From Mytilus californianus (Eukaryota), in assembly GCF_021869535.1 (NCBI RefSeq), contig NW_026262582.1, positions 11,222,001-11,286,000 on the forward strand: a stretch of 64,000 nucleotides of DNA. Direction: 5' to 3'. A model generated the notes under the pieces. That model worked only from the letters and a program-made list of their open reading frames with translations, had not been told where the DNA came from and made no database searches. Positions 24,201-37,600 of this stretch are shown here, piece after piece; positions within the stretch are counted from its first letter, which is position 1, and each line of letters begins with the position of its first letter. Both the position numbers and the translations under genes were made by a program.

Positions 24201-27200
24201 AAAATAAATGTCTCGGTCAGTAAAAAGATTAATACAGCCAAGTTTAAGTGACTTATTATATTAAGCAATCATTCAGCCACAAGCTCTATTTTGTTAATAC
24301 ATTGTAGACTGAATACACCTATACTGCCGTGGCTTGACCGTTCAACAGTTGTTCTGATGTATACACTGTATGAAACATATTAGAAATCGTTTCTTGGAGG
24401 CCTCCTGTTAACTTCAATTTGGATAAAAATTCATATTGCTGTTGAAGGTCATAGTGTAAAATATTTTTGATTTTGAATATCAACATAGTAAAATATATTT
24501 TGTTCATATCCTGAAATGAAATTGTGATCCACTAACTTGTGATGTCCTGTTTGAAAGTCACAGGGATATTTGTGAACTAGCATCCTGGACTTTTTTTGCA
24601 ACTACGTGATTTTTTGTTGTATGGATGTCATAATGATGCAGTTATTTCTATCTAAGCACATTTTTGTTAATTTGGTAACATCATGGATATGTGTTAAGAA
24701 CAAGGCTTTAATATCTTATGATACATATCATTATATTTATATTTTATTTTGATTTGCTGAATTCAACAAAGAGCTTTTATTTAATGCTAAACATGTATTT
24801 GACTCTATACACAAGACTTGTAAGAATATGCAAATTGTTAAATATTCATTTAGGATTTTCATGAATATGTATGTGATAACCATAAATGATTTAAAATAAT
24901 AAAACAGGATATAATTTTTTCGGTGGTCTGTTTTTTGTTTAGGCATCACATACATGTGAACCTTCTGTGGGGGAGACAATAATCCTATTTTCAGGAGTCT
25001 GCTTCTGTTCTCCATTTGAAGAGATCCAAATCCTGTGTATAAAAGATCAAATGAATGAAATTTTCCTGGGATGCAATTTTTGCTACGTTTGTTTCAAACA
25101 TTCAATGATGTGGTTAAAACCAGATGCAAACATGTGAACCTCCCGACGGGAGTACAATAATCCCGTTTTCAGAGGTATCCTCCCGTCCTGTTGAAGAGAA
25201 AAAAATCCAGTGTATAAAATATTTCACGAATGAAAATTTTCAGGCGCCATTTTTTTTTACTACAATGTTTACAAATGTTTGTTATTGAAGACGAAAAAAC
25301 CCAAGAGTACCGAACATATCCGATGTAACTGACATTACCTGTACACAAGACGTGTAGATTTTGACCTGGCCAACGGTTAATTACATGTAACAAGTGATAA
25401 TAATTTGATTGCATAATAAACAGGTGTCAGCTCAGGTGATAGAATATTAATATTGCTTCTGTCTATGGCACACGCAAAGGATGATTAAAGGGAAATACCG
25501 GCAATGATCAGCTGATGATAGAAAAGTGGAATGTTGTCAAAACACTATTGCCAATATTGGAAGGTTTTGAAGCCGAATAAAACATTTAATTAACTTTCAA
25601 CTCATTATAAAAAAAAAATACCTATTTCGCACTCCAATGTGTATATTAAAGGATTTTCATCATGCTCAACAAGATCCAAACTGACAGCTGAAAACATTGA
25701 CTCAAAGACAATTCACAGCATCCTGAGTATAAAAATCAACAAACTGTTACCAGGATCAGGATTATTCAATTTCTACATCATACGCTTACATTAACGACAA
25801 AATTTATGTCGATAAAAAACCTCCTGATCTGAGTTCTAATATCCTGACCAAAATTTCCCAATCTCCTGATCTGAGTTTCACAGTCCATCACATGTATGCA
25901 GATGATTATTTAAATAGTTTTACAATTGATCTCGGCTCTTTTTGACATTACACAACTCGTGTAGATTTTGTCCCTATTGCTAATTAACAGCTGATTATAG
26001 TGAGATTGAGAAGTCAACAGGTGAAAGGATGTTAATTGCTTGATATGGCTTCTGTTTATGCCACATGCCAAAGATGATAAAAGGTAAGTACTGGCAAAAG
26101 TAAAAATGCTGTTGTCATATCATCGTTCATAAGGTTTTGATGTTGAAAATAACATTTATTAAACTTTCTACTCAGCAAAATAATGCTCAATATCTCACAC
26201 TTCAACATGTTTGGGACAATCCCCCCAAGTGTGAAATAGTTGCCCAAATGAGTAACTATCCTTCAAATGAGATACTTTACTAGTGTTAAGAAATTATTTT
26301 TTTGGAAAACACATTTTACAATTGAAATGGCACATTTTCATGAAAAATGCAGCAAAATTACCAAAAGATGAATAATGCTAAAATGATTTACTGAGAAATG
26401 CAAGGCTATGAAACCTTCGAACAATTGACAATTTTCAAGGCTACTAACTCTCTGAAAAACTAAAAAAAAAATTGGATCTTAGGGGAAAATTCTTCCATTT
26501 TCTTTAAATTTGTGCCATTGTAAGTAAAAAGACTGCCGAAAAAATGTTTTCTTTAGCATTATGGTATGATTACTGAATTGAGGGATTGTTACGCATTTGG
26601 GAATAGATCCCTATTTTGCAGGTTGCCCCAAACTGTATAATGCTATAATGCTAACAGTAAGAGGACATTCAGCATGCTAAGAACATATAAAAAATAAATG
26701 CTGAACATTAAGGAAAATTCAAAAAGGGGAAGTCCATAAAAACTGATGAAATCAAATGGTGGACTTTATTTACCAAGAGAACGAATGGAAAACATCTGTC
26801 ATAATACTGACTCGGTACAGGAATTTTTACGAGGAAAATGGTGGTTAAACCTGGTTTTATAGCAATCTTAACCTCCCACTTGAATGACAGTTGTGTATAG
26901 TTTTGTTATATTGACCAAATTGGGTGAGCAACCCAAACAGACATAATAGGTTAATTTGACAATAATTTGGATCCAGCAGCTAAAACTGTGTAAACAAAAA
27001 TCACAGACATACAACACAATTTACTTAAAACTTCAAACAAACATACAAGTAAATGTATCAAAGACACTAACAAATAAGTGTTTGAAGTAGAAAGTAAATT
27101 TGACAAAAGACGCCAACAAAGTCATTGTAGTTGATACTAGTAGTTCATACAATACAAATTACACACTTTCAGGTAGTATTACATATAAGGGTAAACAAAA

Positions 27201-28529
27201 TGTAAAAAACAGGGTAAAAACCTCTTGCGCCCAAATCGCACCTTTGGACTCACCTGCACAGGGAACGCCCAAAGCCAAAACCTTGTAGCTGGATTCACAA
27301 ATATCGAGTCACGTCAAGAGTCATACAACCTGGGAATTGTATATTTAAAATATTAATAATTTTCAGAGGTCAAACTGATCAAATCATAAAATGTTAAGGT
27401 CTGCTGATTATCCAATGAAAGTTTTAAGGATACAAAATACTGAAAAAAAGAATCGGTGATAATAGTAAACAACCTAAATCAAAACATTACCATGATATGG
27501 GACACACGACCGAACAGACGAACACATAAAAAGACAAAATAATATATAAACAGAATCACGTATCAGCAAACATAATGCCCTGTGCTATCGTAGGCGTGAA
27601 AAAAAACTCGAATAAAGTAATATACTCCACGCATAAAGCATATCACCGTTTGATACAGAAAAAGTGGCATACTTTATCAAGAGGATGATAATAAAGCATA
27701 CGAACAGCAGACAATACGCTAGACAAGAAGAAAATATACAAAAAGTAAAAATCAGTCTATAACAAAATGTAACGAAAATACCGAACTCCAAGCCAAATTC
27801 AAAAAGTGGAAGTCCATAAAAAGCGACAAAATCAAACGCTATCAATCAACGGAACAAAGGAAAAACAACTGCCATATTCCTGACTTGGTACAGGCCTTTC
27901 CGAAGAACCATCAATATATAAAACACAAAAAACTTAACACAAACCCTTACAAAAACCGAGGGCTGTCTCAGATGCTCCGAAATCATGGAAATGGTAGGCA
28001 AATCTTGCTGTGTTGAAAACCCAATGGTGGCCTTGAGCGGTTTTATGCTCTTTGGTCGGGTTGTTGTCTCTTTGTCATACTCCCGGTTTTCATTCTCTAT
28101 TCAAGTACTATGTATCCCTGCTCTGCTGTAATATTCCTAAGATTAAAAGGAAAGTTTACAATTAGACAGCTGAAATCTTTTTCATGGTAAAGGTTAGTTC
28201 TTATCTGACCAAAATTGTAGATTACTAGATTTCAAGATATGAGTTACCTTTATTGTATAAGGTGTTTCCTTTATATCAGTTTAGATAAAATATATGTTTT
28301 CAACATCGTCTTCTTTAAACCTTGAATTATTTAGTAAGAAGACATCGCCATAATATGGAACGTGTATAATAGAATAGTTTCTTTTCATCCTTCCTTTGAA
28401 GTTTCTATTTGGAGTCAGCTTCATATGTACAAAGGAAAGCGCTGGCAAGAAGAGGAGCACAGTTTCTATTGAAAAGATATCTTCATAAGTAAAAATTACC
28501 ATCTTGATAGCGTCAGTTTCATAGAAAAA

Positions 28530-28920
28530 AGTAAAATCACAAAAATACTGAACTCCGAGGAAAATTCTAAAAGGAAAGTCCCTAATCAAACGGCAAAATC
28601 AAAAGCTCAAACACATCAAACGAATGGATAACAACTGTCATATTCCTGACTTGGTACAGGCATTTTCTTATGTAGAAAAAAGTGGATTTCACCTGGTTTT
28701 ATAGCTAGCTAAACCTCTCACTTGTATGACAGCCGCATCAAATTCCATTATATTGACAACGATGCGTGAACAAAACAAACAGACACAATAGGTAAAAATG
28801 TCAAAAATAGGGGTACAGCAGTCAACATTGTGTTATCATCTTAATCACTATAAAAACAAACAAATGTAACAAAAAAGTACAAAAAGGCATACATCAAAAT
28901 TAACATCCTCATTTTGCTTT
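28530..28920. repeat. Dispersed repeat with ACAACTGTCATATTCCTGACTTGGTACAGG core
   Basis: Related copies at about 26700-27020, 27750-27900, 33400-33630, 48250-48380 (reverse), 51360-51535 (reverse), 58590-58840 (reverse) and 62520-62840; the same core lies in the 3' region of the 40375-41560 RT remnant. Confidence 0.75.
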
Positions 28921-29319
28921 GTTTGCCTCATACGTAAACATTACCATCTTGATAGCGTCAGTTTCATAGAAGTTTCTCCTTCAATCAGAGATCTTTAAAA
29001 AATATCCCTTTCGAAAACAATATATTAATATTTTTTATTGTATGATAGATGTAGCATTAATGTTCATAGAGTCAGCATTTTTATTTTATTCTGATTTGTA
29101 TAAACCGGCTCACAGCCTTTACCCATGCAGAAAGAGCATTTGTTTATTTTTTCACTTTTGGGCTATAGTCTGATATAATCCCCGATTTAATCCGTAACTA
29201 TTGTAAAGTTTGACTTCTTATTTCGGTTAACTGGTAAGCATATTTCTCAGATAAGTATTTGTGAAGATGTTTTGGTCACCACATGTAATGTGGTTAACCG
29301 GATAAGATATGACTGGAGA

Positions 29320-29584
29320 TTTATTTTTTTATTTTTTTGTGTTTTAACTGCACTTTTTCAGCACCGTTTTTTGGCTATTTCGTGGCGGCCAGTTTTTATT
29401 GGTGGGGGAAGCCGGAGTACCCGGAGAAAACCACAGACCTTCGATAGGAAAACTGACAATCCTAGTCAATTAAGATTGGAGTCGAGTGCACCCGCACGAG
29501 CTGGGTTCGAACTCACAATCTCAGTGTTAACTGGCTAGTGATTACAGTAGTAACTACTTAGACCACTCGGCCACCGAGGCCCCT
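29320..29584 (-). mobile_element. Full-length tRNA-derived SINE with V-domain-like core
   Basis: 5' GGGGCCTCGGTGGCCGAGTGG (A box), GTTCGAACCC (B box), GGTTTTCTCCGGGTACTCCGGCTTCC core, A-rich tail. 13-bp TSD ATATGACTGGAGA at 29307-29319 and 29585-29597. Confidence 0.9.
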
Positions 29585-29621
29585 ATATGACTGGAGAAGT
29601 TAGACAGGTGCAATCAACAGA

Positions 29622-29840
29622 TTTAAAAATGAAGGCCCTGCAATACGCTTTTGAAGTTTAAAATTGAAGGCCCTGTAATACGCGTTTGTAGTTTAAAATT
29701 GAAGGCCCTGCAACACGCGTTTGTAGTTTAAAATTGAAGACCCTGCAATACGCGTTTGTAGTTTGAAATTAAAGGCCCTGCAATACGCGTTTGTAGTTTA
29801 AAATTGAAGGCCCTGCAATACGTGTTTGTAGTTTAAAATT
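29622..29840. repeat. 35-bp tandem repeat, about 6 copies
   Basis: TTTAAAATTGAAGGCCCTGCAATACGCGTTTGTAG. Confidence 0.9.
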
Positions 29841-30587
29841 TAAGTAACAATAAACATGTATGCAAACCCAATTTTGGCTTTCGTTGTTTGTTTGAGAATA
29901 TTTTTTCATAGAACATCTGGATCTTAAGGCCAACAGTAATCTGAGACAAGCAGGATGGCCTTATATTTAGCTTGGTACAATAATACTTTAAAACATTTTG
30001 AATTTTTGGTGCAAATGCTCTATCAATAAAAAAAAAAGAACACTAAAATTTTACACTGTTTACATTACACAACTACACAAAAATGCATTACATGTTTATT
30101 CGTTATTTTCTTTTTTCTTTTTTTTTATATTCCAATAAATGTTGCAGAGTATGCCATCATCTACGGTTTGGCAAAGTAAAGCCATTATTTATTTCTAATG
30201 ACACATGATAGAAGCTACTTTTTTCGTTTCTTAATCCTAGATAAGAATTGCAAGAAGTAAAATGTATTTGTTTTATATTGTTATCCTTTAAATATAATAT
30301 AATAATATCAGTATAAATAGTGTTCAAAATAAATTTAAATTTGAGTAACTGTACAAAATCTCATTCCAAATATCGTGCGGATAACAATGCAATGAGATGT
30401 CATTAGTGATTCTTACCCACTTTAATGTCGTTCCATTTGAGCTAAATAAAATGGTGGTTAATATATTTACAAAAAAAAAAAATAGAATACATTAAGAAAG
30501 AAGACGTTTTATACTACTACATGAGCAATTGTTTCATATTTTATATAAAAACATTAATGTTGAATAAAAATATATTATGAAAAAATG

Positions 30588-32030
30588 ATAAAATTGAGAA
30601 TGGAAATGGGGAATATGTCAAAGAGACAACAACCCGACCAAAGAGCACACGACAGCCGAAGGCCACCAATGGGTCTTCAACGCAGCGAGAAAATCCCGCA
30701 TCCGGAGGTGGTCCTCAGCTGGCCCCTAAATAAAATTGTGTACCAGTTCAGTGAAAATGGACGTCACCCTAAACTCTAAAATATATAAATTAACTAAAAT
30801 TTAAAAACATACAAGACTAATAAAGGTCAGAGGCTCCTGACTTGGGACAGGTGCAGAAATGCGGCGGGGTTAAATATGTTTTGTGAGATCTCAACCCTCC
30901 CCCTATACCTCTAGCCAATGTAGAATAAAGAAACACATAGCAATACGCACAGGAAACTCAGTTTAAAAGAAGTCCGAGAATAGGAAACAAAAGAAATTAA
31001 GCAAAATGACAATGATACATAAATGAACATAGGACTACTAGCAGTTACTGACATGCCAGCTAAGGACCTCAATTAAACTGATTGAAAGATTATTACTTCG
31101 TCATATTTAAATTAAAATCAAGTACAATCCCTCCCGTTAGGGGTTTAGTATCACACCATCATAAAATATATGAGAAGAACATATAAAAGGGACGAAAGAT
31201 ACCAGAGGGACAGTCAAACTCATAGATAGAAAACAAACTGACAACGTCATGGCTAAAAATAAAATGACAAACAGACAAATAATAGTACAGATGACACAAC
31301 ATAACCCGTATCATGCCAACAACTGGTTTTAGAATAAATGTGTTTATTTCCGATGCAAAGACCCTATGAGTGAATCAATATTAATACCAAAATATGCAAT
31401 CCTTAATGACTTGACAACAGTATCGTAACTATATCCTTTCAGAATAAGTCTGTTTAAAGGTTTGGTTAGCTTTTGAGGTGAATGCCGACATTTTTGTGCT
31501 TTGTAAAGAAAATTACCATAAAATATTGGATGTGAAATACCTGAACGTATAAGATGTCTGCATGTTGATTTATATTTACGAATGATGTCCTTGTACCGAT
31601 GGTAAAATTTAGTAAATGTTTTGACCGGTTTGTGATATCGAAAACCCTGGTGTAATAATTTTTCAGTAAAACAGAGATTTTTTTCGTTGAAATCAAATAC
31701 GTTGTTACATACTCGAGCGAATCGAACAAGTTGAGATATATAAACACCATAAGATGGCGACAAGGGAACGTCACCATCTAAAAATGGATAATTAACAAAA
31801 GGAAATGAAAAATCACCTCTTTTATCATAAATTGTGGTATTAAGCTTCCCGTTAAAGATAAATATATCAAGATCCCGGAAAGGGCAGTGTTCATTGTTAG
31901 TATTAGCTTTATTTAAAGTTAGTTCGGCAGGATAAATCTCTTTAGTCTACATACTGAAGTCGTCATTATTGAGAGCCAATATATCATCTAAATATCTAAA
32001 AGTGTTATTAAATTTTTGAATCAGATGTCG
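30588..32030 (-). mobile_element. 5'-truncated Penelope-like retroelement: RT C-terminal half plus 3' terminal region
   Basis: 31344-32030 reads HLIQKFNNTFRYLDDILALNNDDFSM*TKEIYPAELTLNK...FRDLDI...YDKRGDFSFPFVNYPFLDGDVPLSPSYGVYISQLVRFAR...SLHRK* (one internal stop). The ORF ends with no downstream GIY-YIG. A 120-bp insertion lies at 31184-31303. Confidence 0.8.
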
Positions 32031-32711
32031 AGTCAATGAATATTCCAATACTATAAGATTTATAAGCAAATAATTGATGCTGGAAAACAACTTCTCTCCC
32101 TTTTAACAGGTACGATTTTATAAGATATAAGCTGACTTTATCTGATGATCGAAGTCCTTTCAAACCTAATCCTACGTTTTTCTTTTGTTGTGCTGTACCA
32201 CATTAAGGAGAGTGTTTATAGCTTGCAAAAAAGTTTGTCATTGTTACATTTCTTATGTGTCTGCACTTCAGTAGTTGTTTGAGGTTGCTGTGCGCTATAT
32301 TTGTTTTTCGTTGGTTGTGTCATGATAAATCAGGCCGATGGTTTTCCGTTTGAATTATTTTTACACTTTTTTTGTCGGTTTTTATAGCCTAATATACAGC
32401 CTGTGATTTGTTCATTGTTGAAGTCAATTAGGAGACCTATAGTTGCTTACATTCACGTTACTATGTCTCTGATGGATGGTTATCTCATTTACAATCACAC
32501 CACATCGTCTTATATTTTCATATTCAAAGCATTCAAAGATCTTGCCGTCACAGCTTAATCTGATCTAACTGTACATTTATGTTATCCTGGATTGTCCTAC
32601 ATTGTTTCTTAAAAGATCTTTTGGTGGCCTTGAGCTGTTTTCCGCTCTTTGATCGGGAAGTTGTCTCTTTGCCACATTCCCCGTTTCCATTCTTTATTCT
32701 ATTTAAGAGTA

Positions 32712-32919
32712 CTGTGGATTCATTAATATTCGTGGGATACCAATTTTCGTGGACTTCGTTGTTATAGGTGATCCACGAAATTAAATGTTAAACGAATTAC
32801 AAATTTCCTATAGTCATGTATGCAGACTTTTGCAAAACCACGAAATCAAATATCTGTAAAAATGCAAGAATTCCTGAATCCACGAAAATTGGTACCCACG
32901 AAAATAAATGAATCCACAG
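32712..32919. mobile_element. MITE, TA TSD, CTGTGGATTCATT TIRs
   Basis: TA|CTGTGGATTCATT ... AATGAATCCACAG|TA; partial relatives at about 11340-11780 and 50810-50965. Confidence 0.85.
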
Positions 32920-34630
32920 TAACCCCTAGTTGCATTTGAAGTTGCTAAAGTAAAAAGATTCATCAAGTTGATATCATCGATACTATGTTAAGGTTTCTAA
33001 ACTCGAATCATGTTATTTCTATTACACCGATATTCCAACGTTGGTAATTATAATGACTGTTATCCCGCACTGCGGCATTATGGTCATGGTGTTGTTTGAT
33101 ATCATCTTCTTTTTATCAGACACAATTGACAACATATCTTAACGTTTCAGAGGTAAGAGTCTTATTTCTCGTAAGCAGGTATTATAAAGGAAGCTAACCT
33201 TTTAATTGGCTTTCATTTGAAGCTTTAAAAAAAGGGGTAAACAGATGTTTTAGACGACATATTCTTTAAAAGGGGGATGCATTAAAACGAGAATGAACAA
33301 TCGAATTGCCTGTAATGCTTGCATTTTCATGACCATTAAACGTTTTAAATCATATAGCATAGTACTTTTGATATGTCATTGACCATCAGCTATAACAAAT
33401 ATTATCAAAAATACCGAACTCCAAGGTAAATTCAAAAAGGGTTAGTCCATAAAAACTGACAAAATTAAACGCTCGACTGTTTCAACCAACGGAACGAAAC
33501 GAAATCAACTGTCTTATTCCTTGCTTAGTATAAGCATTTTCCGTACAGCGTTTAAGTAGCTTCTATTTTGATAGCTAGCTACTTCCCACTTGTATGACTG
33601 CTTTTTATAGTTCCTTTGTATTGACAAAATATTCAGGCTTATGGATGGTAGAAACTAGATATCAAAATCTTCAAACATGACCTCTTTTTTCAGATCTTCC
33701 CGTTCACACAAACTTTTACAGTACGATGAAAGAGCGTCTTTTATGACCTGACGACACTGTTTCCAAGCTATTTTAGATGCAGGACGATATTTTTGTCCTT
33801 TTTAAAAAAAAAATGTTAACCCGTCGGTCTTGACCGATACTGAGGTCCCCCGTAATAACATAGCCATAGGGACCATATCTAAAATTCGACGATTCACAGT
33901 GTCAAATGAGAGGAGTATTATTTTCTACACTGACGTATAATTGAAAATTAAACTTCTGCTGATTTTTTTTGTATGTATACGAAATGATAATATTACCTTT
34001 TTCCGCAATATACTTTACATCCATTTTTTCCTAAATATTTTTAATTGTTTTTTCGTCATGTTTGTATGTATCTTTGGTCATACGGAAGTATATCGCAACA
34101 TGGACGTTTATATTTACCCGAGGTTCTCGCCTGCTTTACTTTTAGTGGTGTTTGTGTTCGTCAAGTGTTCTGTTTTGTTGACTTTTGTTTGTCCGCTCAT
34201 TTTCGTTTTTTACAAGGTGGTGTGTGATGGTCATTGCTTTTTATTAAGCTTATATAGTTGGTTGCCTCCCTCCCCATCTTATTACTCGTAAGCTGGTATA
34301 ATTAAGGAAGTCAACCTTTTAATTGGCTTTCATGTGAAGCTTAAAAAAAACGCAGATCATTTCACTAAAATGAAATAAGACTTTCCATGGACAAAACTAA
34401 AAAGGATTTGCTGAATGTAGTGATAATGAGATTCCTTTGTAAGATATAAGGGTCACAATAAAAGAATACACTGACCTGGAAACGAAAAAAAAACCACACA
34501 CACATCTTCAAAATATGATCATGCAATGTGGAATGAGAGGTTAATCCTCTAAAACATATTTGAGAAGTTGAGAACATCATCAATTCAACTTCATTATATT
34601 TGATTTGGACTTGCAACTGCTTTGATTCGA

Positions 34631-34674
34631 GCACCGCTGATTAGTCTCATATGGACGAATGGCACATCTTGTGT
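34631..34674 (+). ncRNA. Degenerate minimal hammerhead ribozyme
   Basis: GCACCG-CTGATTA-GTC(TCATATG)GAC-GAAT-GGCACA-TC-TTGTGT; core mutated at two positions. Confidence 0.5.
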
Positions 34675-37600
34675 ATTATAAGCGAGTCATCTTTGATGAG
34701 TAATTTAGCCATGTTGAAAACTTTCAATGTTCAGTTGGCTTGACTTGAGATTACAACAGACACAAGCATTTACCATATACATAGTTTAACAACATTGCAA
34801 AAGATCATCTAGTATTACAATTTAATACTTCATTTTAGGATGAATTTCTATGATAAGTTGCTGAAAATGTCAATCTCAGTATTGCAAAAGATGCAGTTTG
34901 AATCCCTGTATGACTTCGTTTTTCATGAAATGAATAAGATTATTTTAAAGCTTGGTTTGTTAGACTGAAATCCATGAGACAACAATTCAACTGTACTAGA
35001 ACTGATTATTTTTACAATAAACAATTATATAGTTCCACCACAAAATGAAATAACAGAACGCACATAGAATAAATCAAATACTTCTTAACTCGATCATCTG
35101 GTAGAAAACAAATATGAGGTATCCAACAGCTTTAATTGCTGTTCTTCGTCTCAAAGTCACAGTGAGGCCTTCAACATGCAGCAAAAAACGACCTCTCACC
35201 TCACTGGTCTGAGTTGGGTTACAAATAGAAATCAACCATAATGTATTTCTCTTTTTTTAAAGTTTATTTCAACATTTTCGTTGATTTATATATAATATTA
35301 AAAACTGATGAAAAACAAATCATATATGAATAATTGTTTTGACAATGTAACAAATGAGGTATACTTAAAAGATACACCTGTACAATTAAAAGAATACACC
35401 TGTACAATTAAATGTATACACCTGTACAATTAAATGTATACACCTGTAAGTTAAGTGTATATCATTAGTCACAGTTGATTAATATTAACCTGTCTGATTA
35501 AACAACATATATAAATAGTAATAACAAAACAAAACGTGTAAGTTGCATTAATATCCAGTGTTGCTACATGCAATGCTGTGGTTGTATAAAATATATGGAC
35601 AATGTTAACTTTAGATGAATTTAGCTGTTTTGTTTTGTATCGTTGCTCAATGAAGTTTTACGTCGTTTCTCAAAATTGTGTCGTCATTTGAAGATGTTAA
35701 CAATACATTGCTTCACATCTGATTGCGAAATTTAACTTTAGTGGTTAATGGATAATGACACATATATAATTCTACCTTATACATGTTAGAGGCATTGTTT
35801 GTATTTCGGACAATTATGGTTGATTATTGAAACATTAAAAACAGTCAAATGAAGATTAAAATGTAAACAATATTTTAGGTGATATGTTGCAAAATTTGTA
35901 ACAAGAGGTGATAACATTTTCTTAATGTGTCATGATTTTTGAAGATTACTTTCATGTTAATTCATATCTTTACTCAAATTTCCAAAATTCAATAGCAAAA
36001 GAATAAATATTAAAACTTTTTCTACGATAGATGAGCTTAACACTGTAATGCAAAATTTTTGGCAATTTACAAGGATACTCACATATTTGAGTAAGAATAA
36101 TTCTACAATATTGAAATTGGTTATCCAATATTGAACAGATTGAAATAATTGTCTAAGATTCAACCAAAACTATAAAATATCGCTTCGTAACAACGTTCAC
36201 CATTAAGAGTTATGTGACATGAGTTCTATATCAAACACGATTCTGTGATAAACAGGGGCATATCCAGGATTTTTTTTTTAAGTGGGGCGTAATTGGTGAA
36301 AAACAATATATATTGGACGATTCTTTACCACACAATTATATTTTTTCCGATTAAAAAGGTTGGGGGAACGCTGAATCTGTCAAGGATTAACAACGCTAAA
36401 AAAAAATAAAATAAGACACATCAATTGATAATGACCATTGTAAAAAAAAATGACAAACACTGTCACAATAACATTTCAACACACAATCACGAGGCTATCA
36501 ATTTATATAGATTAAGTTTGATAATATTTTCTTATCAATTGATTTGAGCTTCATTTTGTTTTATTGCCGTACATGAATCAGTAATAAACACATCTGTTAG
36601 AATGTAAGATACGTTGATTCATGTAAAACAAACATTAAAATACACAATACAAATATTTGATGTAATAATCTGCAATAGAAGGAGAATTAAATCCATTTTA
36701 GCGGCATCAGCCGAAACAGTATACTTCATACATTACTTAAATATTATACTTATTAGACATACATTTAATGAATTTGGCGATGCAAGCTATTTTCCTTTGT
36801 ACTTATTTTTAGCTCAGGTTTATTCTAGAGAATAGGGGTTATTTAAAATGTGAAACATTTCCGTTATGCATTACAAATCGCTTATATGTATGCTTGACTA
36901 GTCTAACCCTGAAGTTAGTTAATAATTATGTTGCTTCTGCATATGGCCTTTTAGTGAGAGAAGTGTATTTTATGCAATTATTGTATAATGATAGATAAGT
37001 CTGGGAACACAGTAATCAACTTTGATTTTCGTTGTCTACAAATATAGTCCCTACTGTGGACAGAGTATTAGTTGCATTTTTTTAGAACCCTTCCAAATTT
37101 TTTTCTTCATGTGTTATGCCTCAAATAGCAAGAAGAGGGAAAACATTACAAAGTAAAAATATTCATGAATTTTAGAGTAAAATAGTGATTTGGTCCAGCT
37201 GAAAAAGGTTAAAAATTAGTATGTCTGAAGCTGTCAAAAGAATTCAAGACCCCTTAACATAAAATTATCCATACTTTGAGTTAGAGCTGATACTACACTG
37301 TTAAAATATTATTGAGAAAGCGAATTTGGGATTTTTTTAATTTCCCTTTATCATGTTTATTGTCTAAAAGAAATGCACTACGAAATAACTGTGTTCTTGG
37401 GCCAGATGTCATTAAGAGAAAAACATCAAAATAAAAATATTAACAATGATCAGGAATATCTATTTACAAAATGATGTTACATTTACTAGTACAAGGGATT
37501 TGATTGGTGGTTAAGTAGTACAAAACTTAACAATGATTAAAAAGGTAATTATATAAAAAAAAACTAAATATCATCGATTCCATATCTAAAAAAGATTAAT

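Noticed and set aside
24319-24507. 62-aa - strand ORF as an exon of a third gene
   Set aside because: No recognisable homology and no consistent partner exons.
31060-31130. Possible SECIS (ATGA...AA...GA) downstream of the PLE RT
   Set aside because: I could not form a convincing helix II by eye, and the in-frame stop in the RT is TAG, not TGA.
33187-34350. About 48-bp imperfect direct repeats 1.1 kb apart as LTRs or TSD
   Set aside because: No TG...CA ends, PBS, PPT or coding interior; probably an old local duplication.
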